Assembly: GCF_018977255.1 (NCBI RefSeq)
Contig: NW_024704747.1
Coordinates: 186,001 to 250,000, forward strand
DNA from: Callorhinchus milii
Lineage: Eukaryota
Length of the DNA stretch: 64,000 nt
Reading direction: 5' to 3'
This document shows, piece by piece, positions 1-13,200 of the stretch. The position numbers were made by a program, and so were the translations under genes. Below the pieces are notes generated by a model. It was not told where the DNA came from and ran no database searches. It saw only the letters and a program-made list of their open reading frames with translations. Numbering within the stretch: position 1 is the first letter of the stretch; each line of letters starts with the position of its first letter.

Positions 1-1127
1 TCTCTCTCTCTCCCCAACGTGTCTGTGCTGGGGCTCGCTCCCCCACTGGAGCTCTCTACTCCATTCCCTGCTCTTTCCTCATACCTGTTAATATAATCAT
101 ATGGATTTAGTCTATCTGTTGACAAGCACACCCCGTGGGCCTGGAGGTCAGATGAGCAAACAGGGTTAACGTGTAACCAATCCTGGAAACTATGGGTATC
201 AATATTCACCTTGTCATCAAATGCCTTGTCTTGGGTGCAGCCGTCTGCTTGTCCTTGCAAATGGGACATGGAAAACCACTATTGCGTTTGTGCTGGAGGT
301 TTATGCAAAGCTGGCATTTAGCTCATTTGGTTAACATGTGGAACAGGATCCTGTGGAATATTACCATAGCAGCTGAGAATATCAAGCCCTGTGCCATCAT
401 AGGCAACACAGAGACACAACAGCTAATAAATGATGAATGATCCTTGCTTTTGAAATAGGGCCTTTACTCTAAAGTGTAGGACTGTATTTTGACAGATCAT
501 TTATACACAGCAATGTCTCTCCCACAAACAGCCATGAAGTGAATGACCAATTTAATCTGAGGGATTGTTGGTCAGAACACCGGGAAAAACTCCTTAACAG
601 TTTCCTAAACTGGCACCGGCAGATTCTTAGTTTAACGTCCCATCCGAAGGATGCAGATCTCCCCAGTTATGAGTTGGAGTATCAGCTGCACTGAGCTCAA
701 AGTGCTGAACTGGGGCTTGAAACAATAACTTTCTGACTCAGATGAGAATGCTACTGGCTGAGCCAGGCTGACAACTCAGAGTAATGTCAGCAGCACAAAC
801 AACATGTAAGAAGGGCGTCCCAAAGTTAGTTACTGACATTTGCTTTATCGCACAGTTAAGCGTAGAAGCTTATCTGGGCCAGCAGTGTCCCATAGCCAGC
901 AATGAGGTGGATGGACAAACCAAACCTGTCTGCTTTGTAATCAAATAGAAAGTATTTCTACTGATTCATAAGTCAGTAACTGGAGGGCATCAAATACAGA
1001 TCAACAAAAACAAAGGCAGAGTTCAGGAGAAATGTTTTGGAATGATAAATAGTGAGTGATTATTTTCATTGGTCAGTGAATCTGTCACTGGGAGAGTTAA
1101 AGCGGATGTTAAAAGAATGTGAAGATG

Positions 1128-1895
1128 GAGCTTTACTGTGTCTCTAACCCTGACCTGGGAGTGTGGACACACAGTGTAGAGCTTTACTGTGTCTCTAACC
1201 CTGACCTGGGAGTGTGGACACACAGTGTAGAGCTTTACTGTGTCTCTAACCCTGACCTGGGAGTGTGGACACACAGTGTAGAGCTTTACTGTGTCTCTAA
1301 CCCTGACCTGGGAGTGTGGACACAGTGTAGAGCTTTACTGTGTCTCTAACCCTGACCTGGGAGTGTGGACACACAGTGTAGAGCTTTACTGTGTCTCTAA
1401 CCCTGACCTGGGAGTGTGGACACACAGTGTAGAGCTTTACTGTGTCTCTAACCCTGACCTGGGAGTGTGGACACACAGTGTAGAGCTTTACTGTGTCTCT
1501 AACCCTGACCTGGGAGTGTGGACACACAGTGTAGAGCTTTACTGTGTCTCTAACCCTGACCTGGGAGTGTGGACACACAGTGTGAGCTTTACTGTGTCTC
1601 TAACCCTGACCTGGGAGTGTGGACACACAGTGTAGAGCTTTACTGTGTCTCTAACCCTGACCTGGGAGTGTGGACACACAGTGTAGGGAGCTTTACTGTG
1701 TCTCTAACCCTGACCTGGGAGTGTGGACGCACAGTGTAGAGGAGCTTTACTGTGTCTCTAACCCTGACCTGGGAGTGTGGACACACAGTGTAGAGGAGCT
1801 TTACTGTGTCTCTAACCCTGACCTGGGAGTGTGGATGGACGCACAGTGTAGAGGGAGCTTTACTCTGGCTCTTGAATACTATGTCTCTAACCTGT
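1128..1895 (+). repeat. Minisatellite, 51-bp unit (54-55-bp variants at the end), about 14 copies
   Basis: Unit GAGCTTTACTGTGTCTCTAACCCTGACCTGGGAGTGTGGACACACAGTGTA, with no spacers. Confidence 0.95.
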
Positions 1896-4479
1896 GATAT
1901 ATAACAAGAGGAAGAAAAAAAACACATCAAATGTGTTCCAAAAAGTGAAAACCACATGTTGTGCAAGTGTTGTGCAAAAAGAGAGATGGCAGATGTTGAA
2001 CAAGATGCTATTCATTGGCTGAATATATGGGAGGGAATCATGTACTTGTTTTTGGTGAGAAATGCGGAAACCCATCATCTAGTTTCAGAGTGTCCAAACC
2101 TGACTGAGTTCCAGGTTTTCCACCCATATATGGAAATTTCCTTGTGGATGGAATGGAATCCCTGGGGGAATGCATCCTGCTTAGCCAATCCCAGAGATTA
2201 TTAGGCACAGATTGGTAGGAGCCAAGGATTGGAGACCCCAGAGTGTGCATTGGGGTAACTGCTGGAGCTAAACAGCTAAACCCACATAGCCTTCCCATTG
2301 AGAGCAGCCAGTCCTTTAAGACCATTTATCTTAAATTCTTAAATCCAGGCTTAATTTGGAATTACATGATGGGGAAAGAGCAAGAAATTGGATGAGAGAG
2401 TTCACTCGAATGGGGGAGCTAGCACCAGCACAGACACAAATGAGACTGTATTGAGAATTTGCGCAACAGTAGAATATCTGAAACCTGACTCTATCCAGGC
2501 CCCACAGGTTGTGAAGGAGTCTGAATGTTTGAAGGCAATTGTGGTAGAGGTCCCTATCTGCTTGTGTACCTAATGAACTAATAATAATAATGTAATGGTT
2601 CTCTAACCCATCCTCAGCAACATTGTTGGAATGAGGATTCTCTGCAACAACTGGAGTTGAGCCAGAGTCCATCAATCCTTTTACAAGGGAATTAGAGGCT
2701 TGAAAAGGAGAAATACAATCCAACTGATATTTATACAGCATCTTTCATATCAGAAGAATGTCTCAAAGTGCTTCACAGTGCTGATGAGTTGGGGGTGGAA
2801 GCAGAGGGGAGTGGGGGAAGCGAGCAGGAGAGTGAGACTAAGAGGTTGGGCTGAACGACCTGTTCCTGTGCTGGTGTCCTGCCTGACAATCCCCCAAATA
2901 AAATTGGTTGATTACTTCATGGCTGTTTGCGGGACGTTGCTATTTGCATAAATTGGCGGCCACATTTGCTCACAAAACATACAGTCATTACACTTTACAG
3001 TGAATCCTGTGAAGCACTTTCACACACTGTGAAGATGTGATAAGGCGCTGTATCAAATGTATGGATGATTATTATTACTGTCACTTTCAATTCGGTGAAT
3101 ATTTTCAGTTAGTCTTTGGAGACCCAAGAGAACCCATCTTATATTGATCCCATTTCAGCTCTACAGTCTGACTCTCACTGACCTGCCATGGGAGAACCTC
3201 TGAAAACTTTCAGCTGCTGAAAGATGGCGTGGGATTAGTTCCCATGTGCAGCAGAGGCTCTGCTAGATACCGGTTTGAAGGCAACACCCTGAATACAGAC
3301 ATCTGTCACCACAGCCAAATATGCCAGTGATCTGTTTGGGGGAAAGAACTGCTGTGGTGACTGAATCAGAATGGAAAGTAACCCCCCATCCCCATCCCGC
3401 AGCCTGCTTTCCAACATTTATTATATCGTTTATAAGTGACCGAGACGTTAGTTAACCTGACATCCAGCCTGCCTGTCCAGCTGGATAGATGGCGTGGCAC
3501 TATTGTCACAGAGCAGGGAGTTTCTCCTGATGTCTCTGCTAACAATCCACCAGATAAATTAGTCATTCACTTCCTGGCTGTTGGTGGGACCTTGCTGTGT
3601 GCAAATTTGCTGCTGCATTTGCCTACAAAAACAGTCATCGCGCTTACAGTAATTCCTGTGAAGGACTTTGAGACTTTTGACACAGGCGCTGGATTAAATG
3701 GAAGTATTGTTCTATTTATTTGACTTCCTGCCCACAAGACTTCTTGCCTTTGACGTTTCGCCCAAAAAATACACAGTCAATTCTTTACAATAAAGTCTAA
3801 CTGAACAAAGCAATGAGGCGTTATATCAAATGCAAGGATTCGATAACAGCTTTTAAGAGAGAAGTAGATAATAATTTGGGGAGGACAAGTTTGCAGGGCT
3901 ATGGGGAGAGAGCCGGGGAGTGGGTTGAATCGAATAGCTCTTTTTAAAGAGCCGGCACAGACACAATGGGCCGAATGGCCTCCTTCTGTGCTTTATAATT
4001 CTATGATATTTTCACTTGCTCCCCGAGCCTGGCTAGATGTGAACCCCCCACTCCCCCCGCTCACCCAGTGGGAGTTGGACCTCAGGTCTTTCTGCTTGTG
4101 CCAAACCCTCCTATTGATGTAAATACAAAACCTTATCTCAGGATTACTCAGGAGGCTGCCTGACCTATAAAGAGGCTGATAAAGCCTTGCTGTGATGCCA
4201 GGGTGCTGACTTTGTGGAGGTTCCCTACCCAGCAAGGTGAGGCTGTGCTGCGTGTGCAAAATGGCTGCTGTGTTTCCCTACAAAAAAATGACATTTGTTA
4301 GCAGTTTCCCGAGAGGTGCTTTGAAACGTGAAATTATGTTCCCTGGATCGGAAGATGGATCATCGTTATTAAAGTGAAAACCTCCCATGGCTTCCTGCTG
4401 CTTGCTTAGCTAGGACCACCCTACCCATTAGGGCTTTGGCTTGCAGGGTTAATGGGAGCTGAGTGGGAAGAATCATAAC

Positions 4480-6010
4480 AACAATAAATCACATTTGTAT
4501 AGAGCCTTTCACGGCAGGACATCCCAAGGTGCTGGACAGTCAGGGATTTGGACTCAAGCTGGAGGTTGGGATCAGGAGAGGTGGAGGGCACGGAGGGTAG
4601 GGATATGTGGGTGACCGAAGGCACGGTCAAAGAGGAGGGTCTTGAGACATGCTTGAACGGAGGCAAGTAAGGGAGCAAGGCGAAGGGACTGTGAGATGGA
4701 GTTCCAAAGGGTAGGGGCAGAGAGGCTGAAGGCCCAACCACTGATGGTGGGGTGGGCTGGGTGGGGGACGTGGATCAGGAAGCAACTGTGAATGTAGGAG
4801 GCTTGCAGAGCTGTTTGTTGGACGCTGTTTGTTAGAGCACAAGACTGAGAGAGAGTGTAACCACAGAGCCCAGAGCTGAACACTGCCTGTAACCCACGAC
4901 TCCAGCCTGCATCACATTACATAAGAACATAAGAATTAGGAGCAGCAGCAACAACAAGATTACATTTGTATAGTGCCTTTCATGTCAAGAGGACATCCCA
5001 AGGCACTGGACAGTGTACAGCATTTCTGTCCGAGCTGGGGTCGGGGGGGGTAAGGGAGGAGAGGGGAAGGGGAGTGACTGATGGCATGGTCGAAGAGGAG
5101 GGTCTTGAGGCGGGACCTGAAGGAGGCCAAGGAGGGGGCGAGGCGGAGTGATTGGGGGATGGAATTCCAGAGGTTGGGAACAGAGTGACTGAAGGCTCTT
5201 CCGCCAACGGTGGGGTGGGTGGGTTGGGGGACGTGGAGCAGCCAGAGCCGGCTGAACAGAGGGAGCGGGCAGGTTGGTAGGGGGTTAGGAGGTCACAGAG
5301 ATAGGGTGGGGCGAGGCCATGGAGGGCTTTGTAGGTGAGGACCAGGATCTTGAACTGGATCCTCTGAAGGATAGGGAGCCAATAATAATAATAATAATCC
5401 TTGCATTTGATATAGCGCTTTTCACGTCGGGAGGACATCCCAAAGCGCTTCACAGAACACACTGTAAAGTGAATTGACTGTATATTTGTGGGCGAACGCG
5501 GCAGCCAATTGCGCACAGCAATGTCCCACAAACAGTCGTAGATTAAAAATGACCAATTTATTATTGTTTTGTTTTGGAGGGATTATTATTAGGCTCTGTG
5601 TGGAGTAAGGAAACTTGCCCGAGGTTTCGCCCTCTGCCTGGAATTGAACTCAGGTCTCTCACTTGCAAAGAGAGTGCTCTAACCACTGAGCTACAGGACT
5701 CCAATGGAGTCGGGCGAGAATGGGGGAAATGGGGTCACGGAGTTTGGTGCGAGAGAGGACACGGGCTGCAGAGTTCTGGATTATCTTCAGCTGTGGAGGG
5801 AGGATTTGGGAAGGCTGACAAGTAGGGAGTTTGCATAGTGGAGCCTGGAGGTGATGAAGGCATGAACAAGAGTTTCAGCGCCTGAGGGGTGAGGCAGTGG
5901 CCGAGTCGGGCGATGTTATGGAGGTGAGGGAAGGCAGAGCGGGTCATGGCTTGAATGTGGGGGAGAAACGACAGTTGAGGGTCAAACAAGACCCCGAGGT
6001 TCCTGACTTG
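4480..6010 (-). mobile_element. Cluster of L2 3' fragments interrupted by a Deu-type SINE (5382-5705)
   Basis: WLPILQRIQFKILVLTYKALHGLAPPYLCDLL, (CAA)n tails, and a SINE with a tRNA-like head. Confidence 0.8.
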
Positions 6011-6878
6011 CTTCCTTACTTCATTGTGATCATATCCTGAACAACTAGCCCACCCGTCAGATCAGTTCTCACCACTAAATATCACCCTTCCCACCTGCAC
6101 GCACCTCTCTAATCACGCAATGCAAATATACACCCAGATGAACATACACCACTGTCCTCTCACCTCACCACCCTGAAAATACAGCCGAGTCCCTGGAATG
6201 TGTCCTCACCTTGTGCAAACAGCAGTCTGATTGTTTGACCTGCTGTCAGGCACGGGCATTTGATTTAGATCAGCGCTGAGCTCTGGCTCAGGACAAGGGC
6301 ATCTGACACCCCTGAGGGTCACTAGGAGGCTCTGAGGGTAACTTGCAAGGGTTTCAACACCTTAGAACATCCTCCCCACGTGAAAGGCTCCATACAAATG
6401 TCATTTGTATGGAGCCTTTCAGTGTGCGAGATGCTCTCTCTCACAAGTGGGGTCACCCAGTTTGTTATCCACCACATCTGAGACTGAGATTCCACCTGGT
6501 CTTAGCCTGCCACACCATCTAATTAAGCAAGACTGTTTCATGGATATGAAAGCTCACAGCTCATGATCTCCTTGCATTTGATATGGCGCCTTACCACGTT
6601 GTTGAGATGTCTCACAGTGCTTCGCAGGATATATTGTAAGACTGTAAGGATATGTTGACCGTATTTTGTGGGTGAAACGCAAGTGCCAATCGTGCACAGC
6701 CGTGACCCACAGACAGTCGTGGACTGAGGGACCACTTTTTTTTGAGTGATTATTACCCCTGGAAAGTGATCCGTCAGTCGACAAACAACCAGGTCCCTAT
6801 TTATTGCTGAGCAAACAGGCGAGTGGCGTAGACACTCACTTTAGGTTCCGCTCTGCCCGGGGATCGAACCCGGGTCCC

Positions 6879-7281
6879 CTCAGTGATGGGGCTCTCCCCC
6901 CCTCTCCCCCCCCCCCCATGGTGTCAGTGATGGGGCTCTCCCCCCCCCACCATGGTGTCAGTGATGGGGCTCTCCCCCCCCCACCATGGTGTCAGTGATG
7001 GGGCTCTCCCCCCCCCACCATGGTGTCAGTGAGGGGGGGGGAGAGGGTGAGAGACGCTCCCTGTGGGGGGGGGGGAGAGGGTGAGAGACGCTCCCTGTGG
7101 GGGAGGGTGAGAGACGCTCCCTGGGGGGAGAGGAGAGGGTGAGAGACGCTCCCTGTGGGGGGGGGAGAGGGTGAGAGACGCTCCCTGTGGGGGGGGGAGA
7201 GGGTGAGAGACGCTCCCTGTGGAGAGGAGAGGGTGAGAGACGCTCCCTGGGGAGAGGAGAGGGTGAGAGACGCTCCCTGGG
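6879..7281. repeat. Two adjacent GC-rich minisatellites upstream of PNKD
   Basis: CAGTGATGGGGCTCTC(C)nATGGTGT units at 6879-7031, then GAGAGGGTGAGAGACGCTCCCTG(G)n units to 7281. Confidence 0.9.
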
Positions 7282-7298
7282 GCCGCGCCTGCGCAGTG

Positions 7299-10200
7299 AT
7301 GCTGGGCCTAGGCCTGGGCCTGGCGCTGGCGGCGCTCTCGGCGCTGCTCCTCCTGTTGTTGTGCCGCCGCCTCCGCGCTTCGTCCGCCACCGCCGCCCGT
7401 CTGATGGCGCGGACCGAGAGGCCGCTCTTCAGGATCGCGTGAGTGTCCGCTGCTCCCGGGGTGAGGGTTAGGGTGAGAGGCCCCGACACCGACCCCCCGA
7501 CGGCACTAACTGAGGGCACTGCCGTTACTGCCGTCACTGGGGGACAGCGACAACAACAACAACAACACTAACCCACATGTGAACCTGTGACTCGTCGTCC
7601 AGACGTCCCCGAGTGCTTCACGTGGTTTTGCTGTCCGTGTGGTGTGTGTTGTGGGGTATCACAGCCACGAGGTGAAGGGCCGTTATTCTGGGGATCGTCG
7701 CCCCGGAAACACCGGGACAGAGGAACTCGGGGATCGCTTTCCCCACTCCCGAGTCGCGAGAGATCTTTAACGTCCGCCCGAACCGGGCACAGCCCGGGGG
7801 GGGGGAGGGGGGGGCTCGGCTTAACGTTCCGCCCCCGGTAATCCCCCCCCCCCCTCCCCCCGGTAATCCCCCCTCCCCCCCCCGCCGGCATTGCCCTGAA
7901 ACATCAGCCGAGAGACCGTGGGGTCGCAGCCCCGCGAGGCTCGAACCCACAGAGCCTCCTCACCGGGAGGGGTGGGTGGGAGGGAGAGGCTGAGCCTCCT
8001 CACCGGGAGGGGTGGGGAGGGAGGGAGAGGCTGAGCCTCCTCACCGGGAGGGGTGGGGTGGGGTGGGAGGGAGAGGCTGAGCCTCCTCACCGGGAGGGGT
8101 GGGGGTGGGAGGGAGAGGCTGAGCCTCTCCTCTCGGTGGTTGACTTCCTGCCCTGTGACGGGGCTGTGGTTTCAGGTACACACTGTACACGAGGACCAAA
8201 CTGGGGTACATTTTCCACAAGAAGCAGCTGAGGAAGGCTCGCGAGTGCTACCCCTCCGGCCATTCCGTGGTCAACCCCACAGTGATCAACGGTGAGTTCC
8301 CCTCGGGCGGGAGGGGGGGGGGCAGGAGTGGGGGTAGGAGGGGGGCAGGAGGATGGGGGGGTAGGAGGGGGGCGCAGGAGGGGGGGAGGAGGGGGGGTAG
8401 GAGGGGGGGGCGGCTGCTTTGCTTGAATCGTGGTACCCGACAGCGAGAAGGCGGCCCCGGGGCGCCGCCCCCCCCCCCCCCCCGGTGTGAAAGACGCGGC
8501 GCGCAAATGTGATTTGTTGTTGTTGTTCGCCCCACTGTGCGCCTGTGCTGTGGGGTCACATTCAGCTGCTTCTACAACACAACGACGACAACAACAACAA
8601 CAACAACAAGATTCCATTTATAGAGCGCACTTTCACGTCGGGAGGACATCCCGAGGCGCTGGACGGTTGGGTCGGGACCCGAGCATTGGGGGGGGAAATG
8701 GTCAGAGTGAGGGGAGGGGAGGGAGCGAGGAGGGGGGAATGGTCAGGGTGAGGGAAGGGAGGGAGCGAGGAGGGGGTAGAGAGTCGAGGGGGGAGCTGAA
8801 GGCGCGGTGGAGCTCACTCGCCCCTTTGCGGTTGGTTGTGCGCGAGTTACCGGATGTGAACCCGGTGTTATCACGGGGTTCAGTGTAATTTGCTGTGCAG
8901 CGAGTGGGGTGGGAGCTGAGGGTCTGTCTCTCTCTGCCTTTCAGGCGTGAAAATCCTCCCGGTTCCCATCCTGTCCGACAATTACAGCTATCTGGTCATC
9001 GACACCGCCTCCAGGCTGGCAGTCGCCATCGACCCGTCTGATCCTCTCAGCATTCAGGTAATGCAGCTCCCCTGCCCCCCCCCCCCCCACAGACACACAG
9101 GTAACAGGCTGCTCCCTCCCCCCCCCCCGTAAAACACTGTCCCCCTCACTGATGCATTGCCCCCCTCACTAACACATTGCCCCCCCTCACTGATGCACTG
9201 CCCCCCTCACTGACACATTGCCCCCCTCACTGACACATTGCCCCCCCTCACTGACACACTACCCCCCTCACTGACACATTGCCCCCCCTCACTGATGCAC
9301 TGCCCCCTCACTGACGCACTACCCCCCCCTCACTGACGCACTACCCCCCCTCACTGACACATTGCCCCCCCTCACTGACACATTGCCCCCCTCACTGACA
9401 CACTACCCCCCCTCACTGACACATTGCCCCCCCTCACTGATGCACTGCCCCCTCACTGACGCACTACCCCCCCCTCACTGACACATTGCCCCCCCCTCAC
9501 TGATGCACTGCCCCCCTCACTGACGCACTACCCCCCTCACTGACACATTGCCCCCCTCACTGACACATTGCCCCCCACCCCCACTGACGCACTGCCCCCT
9601 CACTGACGCACTACCCCCCCTCACTGACACATTGCACCCCCTCACTGATGCACTGCTCCTCCCTCACTGACGCACTGCCCTCACCCCCCCTCCGTACACA
9701 CACAGATGTAACACCCTGCCACCCCCCCCCCATCCACAGGTCCTCTCAATGTGGAAGCCGCTGTACAAGTGTAATTCTGTATTGTGTTGTCTCAGTGGAT
9801 TGTGGTAAGGATGAGCAATCAGTGTAATGTGAGGAGGAAATGACTGCATCCTCCAGGGACAGGGAATGAGGCTCCCATAACATCACTGTGATAAAGTAAA
9901 CAGCTCAGCTTCCTGCCAAATCCCTCCACACAGTGAAACTGACCAGCCATGTACTGTACTGTATGGTCTTTTGTTTGGGATTCGCTGCACAGTGAGAGTT
10001 CATAGCTCAGTCCTGCCTCCGGCAATGATGAGCATTGGAGGAAAATGTGTGTCATTCTCTTTTGCAGAGCGAGACACACACACACACACAACCGATGACC
10101 AGGGAGCATTACTGTGTCTCTAACCCTGACCTGGAGTGTGGACGCACAGTGTAGAGGGAGCTGTACTTTCACAGTTGTGTAATGCTTCAGGGTCTGTAAG

Positions 10201-13200
10201 AGCAATGTATCCTGTGCGAGGGGCTGGGCTGGAGTGCTGTAGCTGTCACTGATGTGCTGATGTTTTTTCAGACTTGTCTTGAACAGGAAGGCGTGTCTCT
10301 GGAAGCTATCCTCACCACACACAAGCACTGGTGAGTGAGATCATTGTGGCCTCATTTCTCCAGAGGACTCTGAGGTCCGCAATTCCACCGCAATTGAGGT
10401 TCATAATGAGGGGGCTCGAACTCTCCGACCTGCTCACTCCACTACCCCTGCCTCTGCCCAACTGGCTCCAGCCTCCTGCATGTCCCTCATGCCCTCCGTT
10501 CCACCATTGGTGGACGTGCTTTCAGCCACTACGCCCCAAACCTCTCTTCCCCCAGTCTGTCCGCCTTGCCCCCGCCTTCCCCACCTTCAAGTCGCTCCTG
10601 TAGACCTTCCTCTTCGACCATGGTTACGGTCACCTCCCCCTCCCCCCCGGCTCGCTGTCGTGCTCCGCCACTGTCCAGCTCTGAGACGTTACCCTGCGTG
10701 AGGAGCGCTGGGTAAATGTAAGTTATTGTTAATGTGAAACTCACACAGCAATGTGGGAAATTCGTGCATCCCACCTCAACATGGAGGCCGTTTACCACAG
10801 CTCCACGGAGGAGCTGGCAGGTAAATTAAGACAGAATTTAAGAATTTACCACAATTCTGTGTGATCTTCACATTTTACACATCTAACCTGAGACTCCCTC
10901 CCTCTGACCCCACTGCCTCGCCCTCACCCCTCCTCCACCACATACCCCTCCGTTACTGACCCCACCCCTCTGACACCCCCCCTCCTCAATTACTGCCCCA
11001 CCCCTCTGCCACCCCCCCATTCCTTTGTTATCCTCCCCACCCCTCTGTCACCCCCCCCCACTCCTTCGCTACTGCCCCCACCCCCCCCCACTCCTCCGTT
11101 ATTCCCCCCCACCCCTCCGTCATTAACCCCCTCCTCTACGTCTGTGTTCTGGCCTCCACAGGGACCACAGTGGTGGGAACAAAGCGCTGAAAAAGATCTA
11201 CAAATGCTGCCGGGTGTATGGGAGCTCCACAGACAACGTCCCCGGCCTTACAGAGTGAGTGTGAGTGTGTGAGGAGTGTAGACGACCCTCTCTGCTCTCC
11301 ACCCTCCCTGATCCCAATCCCGCCCCCCGCCCCCACCCCCACTTGGGTCCTAATCCCTGACAGTTCAGCGCCTTGGGACGTCCTCCCAACGTGAAAAGCG
11401 TTTTACAAATGTAATTTTGTATTGTGTGTGTATGGGTATGAGAAGTGTGTGTGTGCGAGAGCAGTGTGCGGATGTGTGAGGACTGTGCATGTGTGCGAGA
11501 GAAGTGTGTGTAAACAGTGTGTGTGTGTGTGTGTGTGGGACAGGGTGAGGGGTGGCTCAGGCCTGGAGTTGGGGTTAGTGTCAGGCTGAGTGTAAGAGCC
11601 TCTTGTGTTGGGAATGGCTGGTTTTCGGCTTTATTTTGGCTGCCCAGGATTTGCTGACAATGTCCCCACCCAGTATTGTATTGTAGGTGATTCATTGAAC
11701 CCATCGCTCTGGTTTCTGCCTGTCACCGAGCCCGCCCGCTTCTCAATATAGCCAGCGGGTCAACGCCAACACCCACACCCCGCCTCACCCCACCTTACTC
11801 TGGACTCCTGTGCCTTCACCCTCATTGGCCTTCCCTCTCGCTCACCAAACACTCACCCAAAGAAATATTTCCGGTAATATTTCTTGCTCTTGGCTGGCAC
11901 AGCCACAGCACACTTACCTTTGAGAACCGGGGGAGAGAGTGCGTGGGGTGTGTTGGTGCAGGGGAGCCGCGGAGCTGGGTCAGCTTGTTGTCACCGCTGC
12001 TGTGAGCTGATCTCCATCTCTCTTTCTCTCTGGCGGCAGCCCGCTGGCCGACAAACAGACCATCCACGTGGGGAACCTGCGATTCCAGGCTCTGGCCACC
12101 CCCGGGCACACCATTGGGCACATGATCTACGTGCTGGACGGTTCCCCGCACCACGGCCCCGCGTGCGTCTTCTCCGGGGACCTGATCTTCCTATCCGGCT
12201 GCGGTAAGTCCCGCCCCATCACCAGCACCATAACCAGCACCGGGTCTCCCCCAGCGCCTCACACACATCGCGCCATGTCCTCCTGTCTTCATCAGGACAG
12301 AACAACTCGTCCTGGAATTTCACACTAGTGTCACACATTCACTGCTCACACTCGTTCGTCGCCGGGGTGCACAAGCTNNNNNNNNNNNNNNNNNNNNNNN
12401 NNTGGGGCTCTCCCCCCCCCCACCATGGTATCAGTGATGGGGCTCTCCCCCCCTCTTCCCCCCCCCCCCCATGGTGTCAGTGATGGGGCTCTCCCCCCCC
12501 CCCCCCATGGTGTCAGTGATGGGGCTCCCCCCCCCCCCCCCCATGGTGTCAGTGATGGGGCTCTCCCCCCCCCCCCCCCATGGTGTCAGTGATGGGGCTC
12601 TCCCCCCCCCCCCCCCCATGGTGTCAGTGATGGGGCTCTCCCCCCCCCCACCATGGTGTCAGTGATGGGGCTCTCCCCCCCTCCCCCCCCCCCCCCCCAT
12701 GGTGTCAGTGATGGGGCTCTCCCCCCCCCATGGTGTCAGTGATGGGGCTCTCCCCCCCTCTCCCCCCTCTCTCTCTCTCTCTCTCTCTGGAGCCGGAAAT
12801 GATGTTGTGTTGAAGCCGGAACCAGGAAGTGCAGCCCCGCCCTGAGCCACAGACACACAGAGGGACACAGAGGGACACAGACCCCCACACACAGCCCCAC
12901 ACAGACCCCCACACACAGCCCCACACAGACCCCCACACACAGCCCCCGGAGCCGCCGCCATGATCCTCCTGGAGATAAACAACCGCATCATCGAGGAGAC
13001 GCTCAGCCTCAAACTGGACAACGCGCTGACGGGGTACAGGGCCTCTCCCCCCCCCCCACCCCCCCACAGGGCCGCTCCCCCCACCACACCCCCCACCCCC
13101 CCACAGGGCCGCTCCCCCCCACACACCCCCACACCCCCCACAGGGCCGCTCCCCCCCACACCCCCACACCCCCCCACAGGGCCGCTCCCCCCCCACAGGG

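Noticed and set aside
1023-1966. ORFs with [17 protein letters not shown] repeats
   Set aside because: These are translations of the 51-bp minisatellite.
1900-2745. Protein-coding ORFs
   Set aside because: No recognisable homology or consistent exon structure; the region includes a repeat fragment.
5625-5705. tRNA-Ala-like gene on the minus strand
   Set aside because: A and B boxes are present, but the sequence continues into a SINE body and recurs in several diverged copies. It is a SINE head.
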